Assembly (NCBI GenBank): GCA_030704615.1
Contig: CM060731.1
Coordinates: 12,462,001 to 12,526,000, forward strand
Direction of reading: 5' to 3'
DNA from: Takakia lepidozioides
Taxonomy: Eukaryota; Plantae; Bryophyta
DNA length: 64,000 nt
Numbering within the stretch: position 1 is the first letter of the stretch; the number at the start of each line of letters is the position of its first letter. A program made the position numbers and the translations under genes. Below the pieces are notes generated by a model. That model did no database searches, was not told where the DNA came from, and was given only the letters and a program-made list of their open reading frames with translations. Below, piece after piece: positions 51,352 to 64,000 of this stretch.

Positions 51352-52589
51352 TAAGGTATGCTGAACAGCACAAAGGCAAGGAGATATAACATATTTCTAT
51401 CAAATATCCTGAAAATATCGGAATCTCTGGCTTGCAGGTACAGTTTGTCAGCAGCTACAACCTTCATGGCCTGGAAGTGGTTGCAGGTTAGACGATGACA
51501 TTTGCAGGTACTCAATGAAGGTTGTTTAGTTCCGCTTCTAAGGTGGCTCTTAGATGTTGCTTGATATGTGGTCAGATAGAGAGAAGACTTTGGCCTAAAC
51601 CGGCGTAACTAAGAGCCACTTCGCCTTACGGCTGTACTGCCCCTTTCGAGGGTGGGCATGTGATCAGATATAATAAATTGTGTTTTGAGGCAGATCAGTT
51701 GTTCCACCATCAATGCACTGAACAAAGTTTTTCCTACTTTTGAGGTGAGAGGTTATAATGTTTAGACTAAAAGACTAAGCCATTGTGTATCTTTGGCACT
51801 AACAATATGAAAGAAATGATATGTGCAGGTAAGGTTGTGTTTGCATCTAGCCCATTGGATAGATTGACATGTTTATTGTTGAACAATCCCCAATACATTT
51901 CATTTCATTCCCATTACATTTCACTATCCTTTGAAACCTAGTTTAGCTGGTCTCTAGGGAGTGGTGTTGCGAGAAATTATGGCTTTCAGGAGCAGTGCAT
52001 TGCTTTGTAGGCGAGTTTTTGCTGCATTGATGTGTGTAGATTCTCCCAAACTGTATCTGGGTATAAACTTCTATGGACCATGATCGTGGTGATATTGATA
52101 TAGTGACCACGATCTACTTTTGCAGTAGTCAACCAACACTGTGCCGGTATTTTCAAAAGCCATCTTTCCTTGGCAATTGGATGTTCGTAGCATGTCAGCA
52201 AGAGTGGGTCTCTTGCTCTGGATGACAAGGTCTGGGAAGACATTTTGCCAGAGTTGAAGTGTTCACAAGTCTTGCACACATGACAAAAAAACGGGGCTGA
52301 TCCACTGGGAAAGTAGGCTGATCCGCCCCTAACACCGCTTCCCCACGCTGATAGCGATATTCGCCCAGCGCGATCGCTCAGCCTGCAAGCTGATCCGCCA
52401 AATAAAAGTAGATGAAAAAAAAACTTTTTAGATGAAAAAACAAAGTTGTTTTTCATATTAAAACAAATGTTAGCTTGATCTTTGTCGTGCACACATCATA
52501 CTCAGCAGTACGAAAGTGCACAAAGTACACGACATGGAAGCTTCCCTACCTTAAGCATGCAGAGGGAATCCATATTACGGAATCCATGT

Positions 52590-53265
52590 TAGGCCCAAAA
52601 AATCGAGGTGGAGCTTGAAGTACTTTGTTTTTCTTCGTACTGTGACCTGCATTGATGGGTTGTAGAATGTTGAGAATTGGAAAGCTAGGTTGATTACCTA
52701 GCTTTGGGATATTTTCTCACATCAATTGAGTGAGAACACAATAAGTTATGCCCAGAAAACCAAGGTGGAGCTTGAAGTACTTTGTTTTTTTTCATACAAC
52801 AACTTGCATTGACATTTGGGGTTGTTGAATGTTGACAGGTTATGCAGTATGGGTGTGTGATGGCTTGTTGGAAAGCTAGGTTGATTCCCTAGCTTTGGAA
52901 TATTGTTTCACATAAATTGAGTGAGAACAAAAGAAGTTATGCCCAAAAAACCGAGGTGGACCTTGAAGTAGTTTGTTTTGAATCTTCATACAACAACCTA
53001 CATTGACATTTGGGGTTGTAGAATGTTGAGAATTTATGCAGTATAGGTGTGTGATGGCTTGTTGGAAAGCTAGGTTTAGTACATAGCTCTGGAATGTTGT
53101 TTCACATCAATTGAGAGAGAATACAAGAAGTTATGCCCAAAAAATCAAGGTGGAATTCACATTTGGGCTTCTAGAATGTTGAGAATTTGTGTAGTATGGG
53201 TGTGCGATGGCTTGTTGGAAAACTAGCTGGATTCCCCAGCTTAGAGATGTTGTTTCACCTCAATT
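52590..53265. repeat. Tandem repeat, ~4 copies of ~160-195 bp
   Basis: GCCCAAAAAA.C.AGGTGGA..TTGAAG..GGAAAGCTAGG..CACATCAATTGAG recurs at ~52592, 52750, 52941 and 53135. Confidence 0.85.
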
Positions 53266-53296
53266 GACATAGTTTATAAAACTAACACCTGTGAAA

Positions 53297-54250
53297 GAGG
53301 TTGGGTACCATATGCATAGTAGGCTCACACGACTCTGAGCATGCTCACGCGAGCAAAAACAAATATTCTTTAAAGATTCTACGGCGAAACGAATTGTGCT
53401 CACGCTAAATAAATTGCGAATCTCCTGCAAAAGTATGCTCACGTGAGCATAAACTATCTATTTTTGAAATTCTGGCAAAACTCTTGATGTTTCGTGGGCG
53501 ATACCTGAGGTGTTTTCTAGGTTTTTTCAGAACATATAGGGCCAAAATTACTGAAGTTTTGTTGGCAAAATTTTTTTTGTTTTTCTTTGGGCACAACTAG
53601 AGCAAAAACTGTTGAAGTGGTGCGAAACTTGGGGGGTTATTTTTTTTGAATTTAAATTGTGGATGTTTTCCTATAGATAGGTCCAAAAATACCATGATAA
53701 TCTTAGATTACTAAGTTTCGTCCACAAAATCCACCTGTTTCTTTAATATATTTATTTTTTCAGTATTTTTTGCTATGTCTCACGGCACTATGAGGGTTTC
53801 TATTAGTTTTTTCTTCCAATAATTTCAAAGCTTGGTTATATTTCCGATTTATCAAATTCATTATACTAGGTAGTAAATTATAAGTATCATATAAATTGTA
53901 AATATATTTGTAACTGAGCCTATTTGCGTGTAAATTGGGGCCTACTTCAGCTCTCATTTTAAATAATAACGTCTTCAATGCGTCTATGGCCCCCGCCAGT
54001 AGTGCCCATAGGGTCAGCTCATAAGCCCAATGCCGGGTCCATCGGAGGGTCTATTGGATAGTCTAGTCTGTTCTGGAGAGTTTGCTGGACTACATGCTGG
54101 CTGTCTATTTCCGTGAAAACATTGAGATTTTATTTATTTATTTGGATGAAAAGGGTGGGATTTTATTACCGTGAGTTTTGTGCTCATGCCTCTATTTCTT
54201 AATGCTCATGTGAGTTGCTCACATATGTCCTCACGTTCTACCAACACCCA
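53297..54250. mobile_element. Probable MITE of the GTGAGCA family
   Basis: GAGGTTGGGTACC.. left end and ..CTCACGTTCTACCAACACCC right end, with GTGAGCAT/TGCTCAC subterminal repeats. Confidence 0.45.
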
Positions 54251-55684
54251 TGAAACAATTGCATCGTTATCTCTTTGAACACCGGGCATTATTCCCCTAT
54301 TGACAAGTGGATGTAGCCCGCCCCCACCTCATAACTGGACATGTCAAGATATGAAATACCCATAACTGGAGGTTCTTTAGAGGGGAAAAGAAACACCAAA
54401 TCCCCGCCACCGGAGGGTCTTTCACACGACTAGGTCACTGTAACTGGAATCCAGGGTCCTCTCCAAAATCAAATAACTGCCCAACATTGGTTGTGACGAC
54501 TAGCAGCAAGGTCAAATGCCTCCCAAATGTCATTGAATGGCAGCAATCATCCAATTTTCTTAAAGAAATAAAATAAAAGGGGAACGGAGCCCTGAAAATA
54601 GATTAAAGAAGGTGGAAAAATAACCACAGTGGGGCTGTGAAGAATGTAAATAGTATCCAGAGAACTATTTCTTGGACTGTAGCATGAAATAGGGATTTCC
54701 AAGAGAAAAGGAAAAAAACCTTAAAATTTCATTTTAAATAACAGGGAAAGCATAGTACTTTTTTTTAAAAATTTAAAAATTATTTTTATTTAAGCATAGT
54801 ACTTTCAACAGCTATGGCTTTCCAATGGCACACTAATTTAGAAACAATTATTCCAGAATACTCCCTCTATTGATCCTCTCCCAGAAAAGAGTGGCAATGG
54901 TACCAGAGGGCATATGCCCTGCATATTCCTTGGAGCTGCCAGCCCAACGATTTTGGGGATGTCATTAGGTGATGTGGAACTGCATCTTTGGCAAATTTGG
55001 AGTCAATAAGAATATTCCCCCGGGTATCTCTACCAGTAAGGATGTTTCGCGGGCTTTGCCGGGCAGTATGACCCGGCTTGGCACCTGAATTTTGTGCTCA
55101 CACAAGTCTGTCACGCCGAGGGGTTTGCTGCCGTGAAGAGATGATATACGTGTTGCTTCGCGGATCGAGCAATCTCCTGCGTGATCGGAAATCTGGTCTG
55201 AGTATGTTTGTGTACAGAGAGTGGTTGTGACAGTGGTGAAGAGGAGGGAAGGATGGGTGCTTTCTTCCTTTCCCGCTCTGTATTGACCTGTAAGCGTCCT
55301 TCTCCTTAATTGTATCTATGTTTGGGCCTGTCTGCACTTCCACATGCATTTTAGTGTTTTCTCTTGAATATTGGATGGCATGCAGAAAGTCTGTGAGAGT
55401 AGGACAGAATTGAGAATGGAGGGTGATATTAGGAGATAAGAAGGTGTAATTGGTACAGATTGGGGGCTGGGATTAGAAATTTATAAAGGGCAATTTTCAG
55501 TGCTGGGACTCTGGAGGGTGAGATTAGTAGGAAGTCACAACAAAGGGTGATCCAACTACGAAACTGGAAGGTGAGCTGGTGCGTGCCGGATGAGGAGATG
55601 ATGAAAAGATGCTGTAATTGTCTGAATTTTGTCTTGTCCTCATCATGCAATCGAATCACTCACGTTGTATTTTGTACTATCCAG

Positions 55685-58600
55685 GTACGATAGTAATATT
55701 GTTGTGGGCACCAGTTGCAAATGCAATCCGGGGTCATCCCCAGGACCCTCTCCCCAGTAAAATAGGAAAGTATCGCCGGCCCATACAGACCACGCGCGCT
55801 TACAACATTGCACATCGTGGCTCCAATGGTGAACTTCCAGAGGAAACTGTTCCAGCTTATCTGGTTTGTCTCTCCCGCTGCATTTCCTCAACCTTTGCAC
55901 TGAGGCCATCGACAGATTGAAGCTGCAGTCTTTTGAATTTGCAAGGACCCAAACGGACTTGAAATGTTTCGCTGAATTATCTGCCATCAATTGCATATGT
56001 CACGACAGATGTTGACAAAGCAAAATCTTCTCCTATTGCATTGAGCTTAAGTGTTAGTCAATCAAAGCCTGTCGACCATGTCCAGTTGCCTAGTTTTCTG
56101 AGGCTCAGTATTTGGGGGTAAGATAGGTCAAGTAAACATAGAATCATAACCCCAATCATGAACTACCTCCACAATTTACTATGCATAATAAGTTTGGTTG
56201 AATATTTGAGGAAAGTTTCTCCAATATAGGTCCCACCTGTGATAGCTGGGCAGATCTCCCTAAGCATTTGTATCTGGAAATTGTCATAAGGATGGAGACC
56301 TGAGACTCAGATCAAAATTATCTCTTTGTTGTATAATAAATGGAGTTTGAAATGCTAATTGCAGAGAGCGATAGTTGAGGGTGCAGACTTCATAGAGACC
56401 GACATTATTGCTACCAAGGATGGAAAGCTCATTTGCTTCCATGATCTGACACTGGATGCAACCACAGATGTTGCCAATCACTCAGAGTTCGCCGACCGTG
56501 TTCGCACTTATGAAGTCCAAGGGTCCAACCTGACTGGCTACTTTACTGGTATGGTTGACTTCGGTTTTGTTTGGGGATGAGAGATGTACTCATGAGTTGT
56601 TGTTTTCTGTAGACTTGTGGCCATAGAACCCATGCCCAGTTTGGGTGCAACAAGAGGGAATAGATACTACGTCTGTGAGGGGCTCACTCCAGTAGTGGAC
56701 TTACCTTGATATAGACAATTAGTTTGGGCTTTCTAGGGAGAGAGAGGGAGACAGAAATAGGAAGAGAGAGAATGTACTCACAAGACGTTGTTTCCTGTAG
56801 CCTTGTGGCCATTGACCCCGCGCCCAGTTTGAGCGGAACACAAAGGGACATAAACTGACTTTGTCAGGGGCTGATGCCGGTAGTATGACTTACCTTGGAA
56901 CAGACAATTGATCCGAGTTCTCCCGATATCCTCTAGAAATCCCTTTACACAAGCATCAATCTGCTGTGTGTGATTTGCCCAATAACTAGGCCCCAAAAGG
57001 GCCTGAGCTTTTGGTTTGCCTCGAGATTTTCAAAGTTGGTAAATAGAGGTACAGGAACAAACCCTTGAGGTCATCCATGATGGCCTCCCCCATGTCACAG
57101 ACTGGAAACAAGTTCAGGGAAGTTTTCTGCCTAACAGAGAGCGGGAGAGAAATGAACTGAAATGAAATGAAATGGAGAGAGATTGTACTCATAAGATGTT
57201 GTTTGCCGTAGCCTTGTGGCCATTGACCCCGCGCCCAGTTTGAGCGGGAACAAAAGGGACAGAACCTACCTCTGTCAGGGGCTGACGTTGGTAGTAAGAC
57301 ATGAAATGAAACGGAGAGAGAGAGAGAGAGAGAGAGAGTGAGTCTGTATGTGTGTGTGTTTGTGTATATATACTCAGCCCGTTGGAATGTTGGTGCCTAC
57401 TTGGCAACCATTGACATAGTAACCTCACCCTAACCACAAGGATGGGAAGGGGAGCTTAGTGACTTCATAACCAAACTGTCTCAACCCAGATCTGCCTCCA
57501 TACCTCACTTCGCAAATCCTTACTGGAAAATCAGTTTTCAGGTGTTCTAAGTGGCAATCAGATGCACACTAGGTAGGCCCTTCTTGCAAACAGATCTGCC
57601 TCCTCACTTTCATATCTTATCAGAAGCAACAGTAGAAGTAGGAAGAGCACAAGTGTCTCCTTAAAGGTAACTCCTTTTCATGTAGGTACAAGTTCATAGA
57701 TCCTTCAAACCATGCAAAGCGCAAACAGCAGTCATATATGTACATAATCAACACATACAAGCAGATTTGAAGTGTGAGAGAGCTCAAAGCCTTACTCCCT
57801 TAGTCTTTGCCCGTAGGAGCATTTCCTACAAAGGTTAAGTGGCCTCACCTGGATCTGTCACAGCCAACCAACAAACCAACAGGTTAGTGGAACCCCAGGC
57901 TTAAACCCCTTCACATTTGCTATCAATGTCATCCCTGCAGCAGGTCATACCAACAAAGAGAGGAGAGATAAGGGAGATCCTTTCAGCCATTTTAGCAGTA
58001 GGTACACAACTCAGCAGTTCCTATTTCAGCCCTCCAAAGGGAGGGGTGGTGGTCTCGTGACAGTAAGCACTCATTCCCAAAAGGAAGGTATTACTAGACC
58101 AAGTACTCAAGCAAGGGTACACCTAGAGGCCCTTGGTTTTCAAAATTATTCCTAGATTCAGAGTAGAGCTTAACATGTAAGTTCCTCGTACTGTCAACTC
58201 TCTTTTTGTTGCCATACTAAGCAGCCCTTGAAGATGTTTAAGGAGTCTGAATGTGAAACCTTGCTTGAAGCCATAGTGAACAGTAAGGTAGTCAGCTCCT
58301 TCAGCTCTTACCTGCTCCTCTTCCAAATGAGAAGCGTGGCCAGGCATTCTAACCTTATGGGGCAGCTGCTTTAGGTTAAGACCTAGGGCGAACCCTAATG
58401 TCATCCCGTTCTCCGTTTTCAGGTTGTGTTCTGGGCAAAAAAATTCTGAACATATTAATGGGATCAGGCTGCAATTCTTGAATGTTGTTACAAAGAACTT
58501 AGCCGAGGAAAAACAGCGAGAGAGAGAAATGAAATGGTGCTTTATAACGTCCGCGGAAAGCTCATAGAGCTTATGGGACAAAATGGAAAGAAAACATGAG

Positions 58601-61118
58601 AGAGGAAACAGAGAGAGAGAGATCCTCAAGCCTCTCATTTTCAGGTTCCCTAATTCTGACAAGGCATTGGCTACAGTAGACCAACCAAGAGAGCAATGGA
58701 CATTGACCGGATCATGTAGATGGTGTACACATATACTCCAGTATACTGCTGCTACAGGGCCTAGCACAAGATATCATGGATCAGTTCGCCATGAAAATGT
58801 CCGGTTCGTACACGAGGAACCTTCATGGACATACCATTCTCCTTGCCTTACCAACAGAGATGTATGAATAGTTCAGAAAGCAATTTCTCAACACTGCAAC
58901 AGGATTAAGTAAGCCAAGAGTGGGGTTAGCCATTTGCATGGAGAGAGAGCCAGAGGGATCAGACAACTCTTGAGTGTTGTTTCAATGAACTTAGCCACAT
59001 TCAAGGAAAAAGAGAGAGACAGCGAGAGAGAGGATGGTTCTGAAGGTAAGTTTTGAAAGTTGTAAAATGTATATTCAGGGTTGTGCATAAATGTGGGTCT
59101 GCAGTGGACTTCACATTGGAGGAGATCAAGACTCTCAGAGCTCGCCAACGCTGGAGCTTCCGAGACCAATCTTATAATGGTGAAGTCTCTATTTTAGTAC
59201 ACCTCTCTTTCTCTTTTCTTGCTTGCATAGACTTTGTTGCAAAGGTCATGTTTTGCTGTATATCTTCAACACATTTATGGGTTGAAGGAGGATGTCAGTA
59301 CTTAATGGCCGAGCTGGAATGGCGGTGTGGAGAGCAAAAGACTATCCATAGGCTAATCTTCATCACAATGGGGCTAGAGATGGACAAGACCACTTCATTT
59401 TAGCCTGGGAAAGCTTTCCTTGTGGGTGCAGGTCGGTTCCAGGTTATAACTTTTGAGGAGTATATCTCAATTGCGCTCAACGCCAACCGGGTTGTTGGAA
59501 TATACCCTGAGATCAAGAACCCCGTCTTTATCAACCAACGGGTGGATGACACTTTCCAACTCCAATGTATTTGGCCTTTGATGGCAGCTTGTACTTATAA
59601 ATATGGACAACTAGAATTTGATGCTTTGTATCCACGAGCAATAAAGTTTTGTCTTGTACTGTCTGCTCTGGGCGCGAGTTTTTTTGTGAAGCTCAGTCCA
59701 CCGTCAAGCACAACAGACCGTCAAATGAAAGAGGGAATACTAGATCATTTGTAAGCATAAAAAACTGCAGTGAGCTGCTTGTGGTGGCTTCTAGTCCCCA
59801 TGTTAAAAATCATAGATATTGTCCTCTTTCAATGCAAGAAAAGGGATAGAGCCATTGCAAGGGATCATCAATTATCTGCATAAAGGGCTTCATCTCACGG
59901 CCTTGGAGTGGTTTCTCATTTTGGCAGGTAAAATGGCCAGGCGGTAAAAAGCACGAGGACGTTTTTGTGGAGATGTTATTGAAATATGGATACACAGGGA
60001 AATATCTATCAAAAGAGTGGCGGAGGCAGCCTATATTCATACAATCATTTGCACCCACGTCATTGATTCATGCGTCCAAGCTGACAGATTCCCCCTTAGT
60101 TCTCCTCATTGATGATGTCACCATTCCTACTCAAGACACCAATCAGGTTGTTTGAACAAGAATGAGACTTTTCTGTATGTCGTCATCTTTGTGTACTGTA
60201 TATGTTGCCCATCATGGTTGGCTTTATTTATGATTGAGATGTGGTGGCGAGATAGGAATTACTAAGGGGGGAAATTGGAGAAAAGACTTAGGGGAGGGGC
60301 TCCAGAGAGAGGGATATGGACATTTGAACAGTCCTTGAGCAGACATCATGAAACACTTGAAGAGAAAGATAAAAAGTATAGGTTGTTTTTTTTTCTATTT
60401 CACATCAATCTGTTTGTGTGCTGAGTTGTAGTGGCCATCCAGAGATTTGTTCTTACAATCTACTCTGGCTGACTGGAACATGACAGTCGTACTGGGAAAT
60501 AACTTCAGACAGTTATTTTGCCTACATAAGTAAGTATGTAGCAGGCATGGGCCCTTGGAAAGACACGCTGGTGGCCCCGAATGCGAAGAACTACCTGGAA
60601 GCGCCGACTGATATGGTTGCAAGGGCCCATGCCCACAATTTGCAGGTACGTTCCTAGTTCTCTGATGTTGATTGTCCAAATTTTCTCGCTTCATGCATAT
60701 GGATATAAGATGCAACACCTATGTATTTAGATCTTCATTTTGTTACATTTATAACCTTTATTTCCAATCCATCCTCCCCTTCTTATTGTGGAAATGTATT
60801 TGTTAGTGTTTTCCACTCTTATCAGTACTACTGTCGGAGGTTTGAAAGGTTGAATTGATGGCACAGGTGCATCCCTACACGTTTCGGAATGAGAACCAAT
60901 TTTTGCATTTTGATTTCCACCAAGATCCCTATCAGGAATATGCCTACTGGCTGCACGAGATTGGTGTTGATGGTCTCTTCACGGATTTCACTGGATCCGT
61001 TCGTTTATATCAAGACTGGACAACCCCATTGAACAGCACTTCCGAGGGCTCAGCATTGGCCCTTGTTGATACCATCTCTAGTCTTGTTGAGAATTTTCTT
61101 AAGAACAATCGGAACTGA
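55685..61118 (+). CDS. GDPD6: Glycerophosphodiester phosphodiesterase, GDPD5/GDPD6 type; exons 55685-55863, 56365-56548, 59105-59179, 59432-59541, 59928-60146, 60487-60645, 60867-61118 (a short first exon upstream, possibly 55141-55195, is uncertain)
   Basis: YNIAHRGSNGELPEET, GADFIETDI..KDGKLICFHD, VGIYPEIKNP, FIQSFAPTSL, GPWKDT, VHPYTFRNE, GVDGLFTDF. Phase-consistent GT-AG introns. GDPD5 versus GDPD6 cannot be resolved from sequence alone. Confidence 0.93.
56584..57300. repeat. Three related ~120-220 bp units in a GDPD intron, also present at 40987-41210
   Basis: TGTACTCA..GTTGTT..TAG.CTTGTGGCCAT..CCCAGTTT..AGGGGCT..GTAGT..TTACCTTG starts at ~56584, 56772, 57184 and ~40987. Confidence 0.8.
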
Positions 61119-63388
61119 TCACTTTTTACTTTATCCTTTCATTCAGTTGCCTGGGTTGTCTACATGGCTGTTAGGGCTGAGCATAGAGAGGTGGTGTACT
61201 TGTTGATGGCTCCCTATGGACTTGACTACAACAGACCCTTTTGAGGTCACAATCCCTGCATACTGTCGATGCTCCTGGAGCAGGTGATAGGTTTTACTCT
61301 GGCCGCATGGTATGAAGCTCGTCTGCGTTGCACAGACATGAGTGTCTGTGTAGCCAGTCATACCATTGGGAGGTGCAGGAGGGAGACAGAAAAGGAATAA
61401 AAGAGAGGAGCAGGAATGAAATGATGGGCAAGCCTTGTGGCAGTACATAGATGTGTCCAGATTTTAAAAATTCCAGTGTATGCTTTGGCTATGATGTACC
61501 TTGTAAGGCCAGGCCCCTCTCTGCCTTCAAGCCAGTCATAGAGGTTCTGGTGACTAGTAGATGGAGAAAGACGACCGGAAGGAAGAGTGTAGGAGTCTGC
61601 AACATTGATATGAGATTCTGGAAGAGAGAAAAGCATCTGGCCCAAAAGTCTTAATGGCAATGGATGTGAAGTTTGTTAATAAAATAGGGATGGGGGATCT
61701 GAAGGCCTTTCCCTCTAGCAGATGTTCTTACAGTCATCGGCGTGAATAAGTTGAATATGGCTACCTCTTAGTTGTGGTACTGGGAGTTAAGGTGCCCAGG
61801 GAGAGAGGACCTTCAGTTGACCCTCATGTTCCAGGATGCTATGGATCTTGGTACAGCTTCTCGCTCTGATTGGAAGAGAAGTGTACATGTGAAGTTCAAG
61901 AGTCTAATGTCCAAAGAAGCTCCAAAGACATTGGCTATGCCGGAGCATACAAACAAACACGACTGGGGTATAAGGATCGTGTGATTGCGGGCTAAGGGGG
62001 GCCCATGGTTTGGTGAAGACTGTCCATGGATCTGTTGGTAAGGAGTTTATATGCAGATTTCTTGTTTGTCGAACTTTCTGTAAGGTCCGAAAGAGATTCC
62101 ATATCTAGCCCACAAGAGTGTTGGAAAGACAAGCAAGAGGCGATCATGGGCTGAAGGAGGCCCGATTGTTCATTGAAGCCTCTGAATTTCGTAGAGACGA
62201 GTTCGTCCTTAGAATAATGAGTCTGGTTCGGGCATGCAGGACATTCAAAATCATCTTGCTACTGTATGCTTCTAGATAATTTGAAATGCGATAGAGTAGC
62301 AAGAAGCACTTTAATGATACGATTAGTGTGGTGGAACTCGCTTGTGTGCTTCACATCACATTCATGGATGAAGGTCCACGGGCTGGGGGCCACTTCGTCC
62401 ACCCCATTGACGTTTGCCCACCAGGTAGGTTGACACCCTTCAACAGCCATTACAACTGGTGGGACCTTTCCAACAGCCTCGAGGGAGAAAAAAGGGACAA
62501 CAACGATTTCTAAGTTTGACCTTTTCCAAGTCCCGATTCTTTAATGAGAGAATTGTCTAGATCAAATGGTTTCGTCTTCACAGCTGACTGCATGATCATC
62601 ATGACACACTGGCGCTTCTTTAACCAGGCCCAGGGGCTGGTTCGGACATGTGATCTGTGTTATTTTTGCACAGCTGCACTGTACATAGTTGCTGCCAAAT
62701 GGTATCGAGCTTCCATTTCAGCTGCACATGCTTTAATCACAGCACACGTATTAAACTAGAGATCTAAGTTACAAATCCCATCATTCGACGCTCCACTTCA
62801 CACATCAGGTATCAGGTAGGTAGAGTTGGACTGTCTGACATTGTTTTCTCGTATTCTCTCCTAAGCAGCCGAGTTTCAGAACTATCGAATGAGGATTGAA
62901 GCAGGGAGTTACAAATTTCAAAGGGCCCCCGGATCCTGGGATTCAAGTAGGGGTGATGATGGGGAACAATTGAGCTCATTGATTAGTGCCCTGACCTTAT
63001 TGTGGACCTTGTAGCACAATCTAAACACATAACTGTTGAAGCGTACACATCTGATCCGCACAAAGGGTTTGTAGCCGAAAATTCCCACTTTGTGGACATC
63101 CAGGACAGGTCAGCAGACAGCCCTCCTCGTTTCCTTCCTCACGGGCGGTGTTATATGAGACATTGGCACAAGTCTAGGGAGATATCACCCACGTTCCGGC
63201 TGTTAAGAAAGGTTTCCTTGGGACCCACTGGACAAAATCCATTAATCTGCACGGCAGAATCAACCAAATACTGATCTAACACCACGGCCAACTGTGTGAC
63301 TTGAAACAGTCTCACAGTCACAGTTCAATGAGGCACAGATTACTGAGACTGCAGTAATTTGAGATCTAGATGCATCTTCCCAGGTGCC

Positions 63389-64000
63389 TTACAAAGCATA
63401 TGACTTGAGTGGACTAGTGAACACTTTTCTTCCTCGGTATTTCATTCATCTCCATAAACGAAAGGCTTGTATTGCAAGGGGTGGGCTGCATCGATCAATG
63501 CTGGTGGAGGCTGAATGAATGTGGTAGGGTCAGGACCGAAGAAGTAAGCCATCGACAATCTTGGCTGTGTTGCATTCACGAGACCTCTGTGCTCACACTC
63601 TTCACCCGCCCGTTACTCCATGCCTGCAACACCCAACAAACTGATTTTGATCACAATTTGCAAGTCTGCCAAGTAAGGAAAGGAAATTGGTCGGGTGAAT
63701 TATCTCAGTGGCGCCCGCTCATACGTGTGGTAGAGAGTCTTAAAGGTACCTGTAATGTGTCCCCAACGTTGACGACGAGGCAATCTCGACGGGGCCTTGT
63801 GGTCCAGGTATTGTCCTTCAAAATTTGCAGGCCAGAAACCTCATCTTGGAGCAGAATTGCGAGCACATTGTAATCTGAATGCGCGCCCAGACCAATTGTA
63901 AGGGAGGGGCTGCGGGCATGGTGGATAGTAGTTCATCCGAAACACGGATAATGAATTATTTCTCGTGGTCACGTGTTGGGAGAAAGTATCTGGGTCGAGT
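63389..64000 (-). pseudogene. Plant 2-oxoglutarate/Fe(II)-dependent dioxygenase (DOXC class, GA-oxidase-like), last two exons, frameshifted
   Basis: Minus strand: FRMNYYPPCPQ/(+1)PSLTIGLGAHSDYNVLAILLQDEVSGLQI..LVVNVGDTLQ, intron 63624-63749, then AWSNGRVKS/(-1)EHRGLVNATQPRLSMAYF. HxD...H...RxS motif intact but there are two frameshifts. Confidence 0.88.

Larger units (their letters stand above)
42928..52222 (+). other. Diverged duplicate of 39449-40312 (SURF1 last intron part, last exon and 3' region), split by three later insertions
   Basis: 42928-43008, 50871-50917 and 51352-52222 align colinearly with 39449-40312. A copy of the SURF1 last exon lies at 51438-51498. Confidence 0.9.

Noticed and set aside
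51579-51663. Hammerhead ribozyme
   Set aside because: A stem-II-like GCCGTAAGGC-GAA is present, but the required CUGANGA core is absent.
57370-58062. Solo LTR in the GDPD intron
   Set aside because: It ends in a gypsy-like GGTCTCGTGACA, but I could not find a matching TG start with a 5-bp TSD.

Overview
Eukaryotic nuclear DNA with spliceosomal introns, most likely from a non-seed land plant (inferred from gene and TE content), and about two-thirds transposon-derived. Host genes: an intact 6-exon SURF1 (+, 36352-39724), an intact GDPD5/6-type glycerophosphodiester phosphodiesterase (+, ~55685-61118), a disrupted bacterial-looking clavaminate-synthase/TauD-like dioxygenase (-, 40319-42183) and a frameshifted plant 2OG-Fe(II) dioxygenase at the right edge that the ORF track misses. 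The most unusual object is a ~10.3 kb Mutator-like DNA transposon (14439-24756). It carries two divergently oriented genes, a GCM-like/DDE/SWIM transposase and a spliced gene with a ParB/sulfiredoxin-type 'WDGNHRL' motif. Between them lies an array of ~28 copies of a 24-bp palindrome (CGGAAATGCGGCGCCGCATTTCCG) at a strict 53-bp period with five recurring 29-bp spacer types, and further motif copies sit in the ParB-like gene's predicted introns. This may be an undescribed transposon-encoded protein/binding-site module (parS-like or VANC-like anti-silencing); that function is inference. Also present: a circularly permuted single-LTR Ty3/gypsy copy, an apparent composite Mariner-type MITE carrying 6.8 kb of cargo, and a local duplication of the SURF1 3' end that brackets the TauD-like gene.
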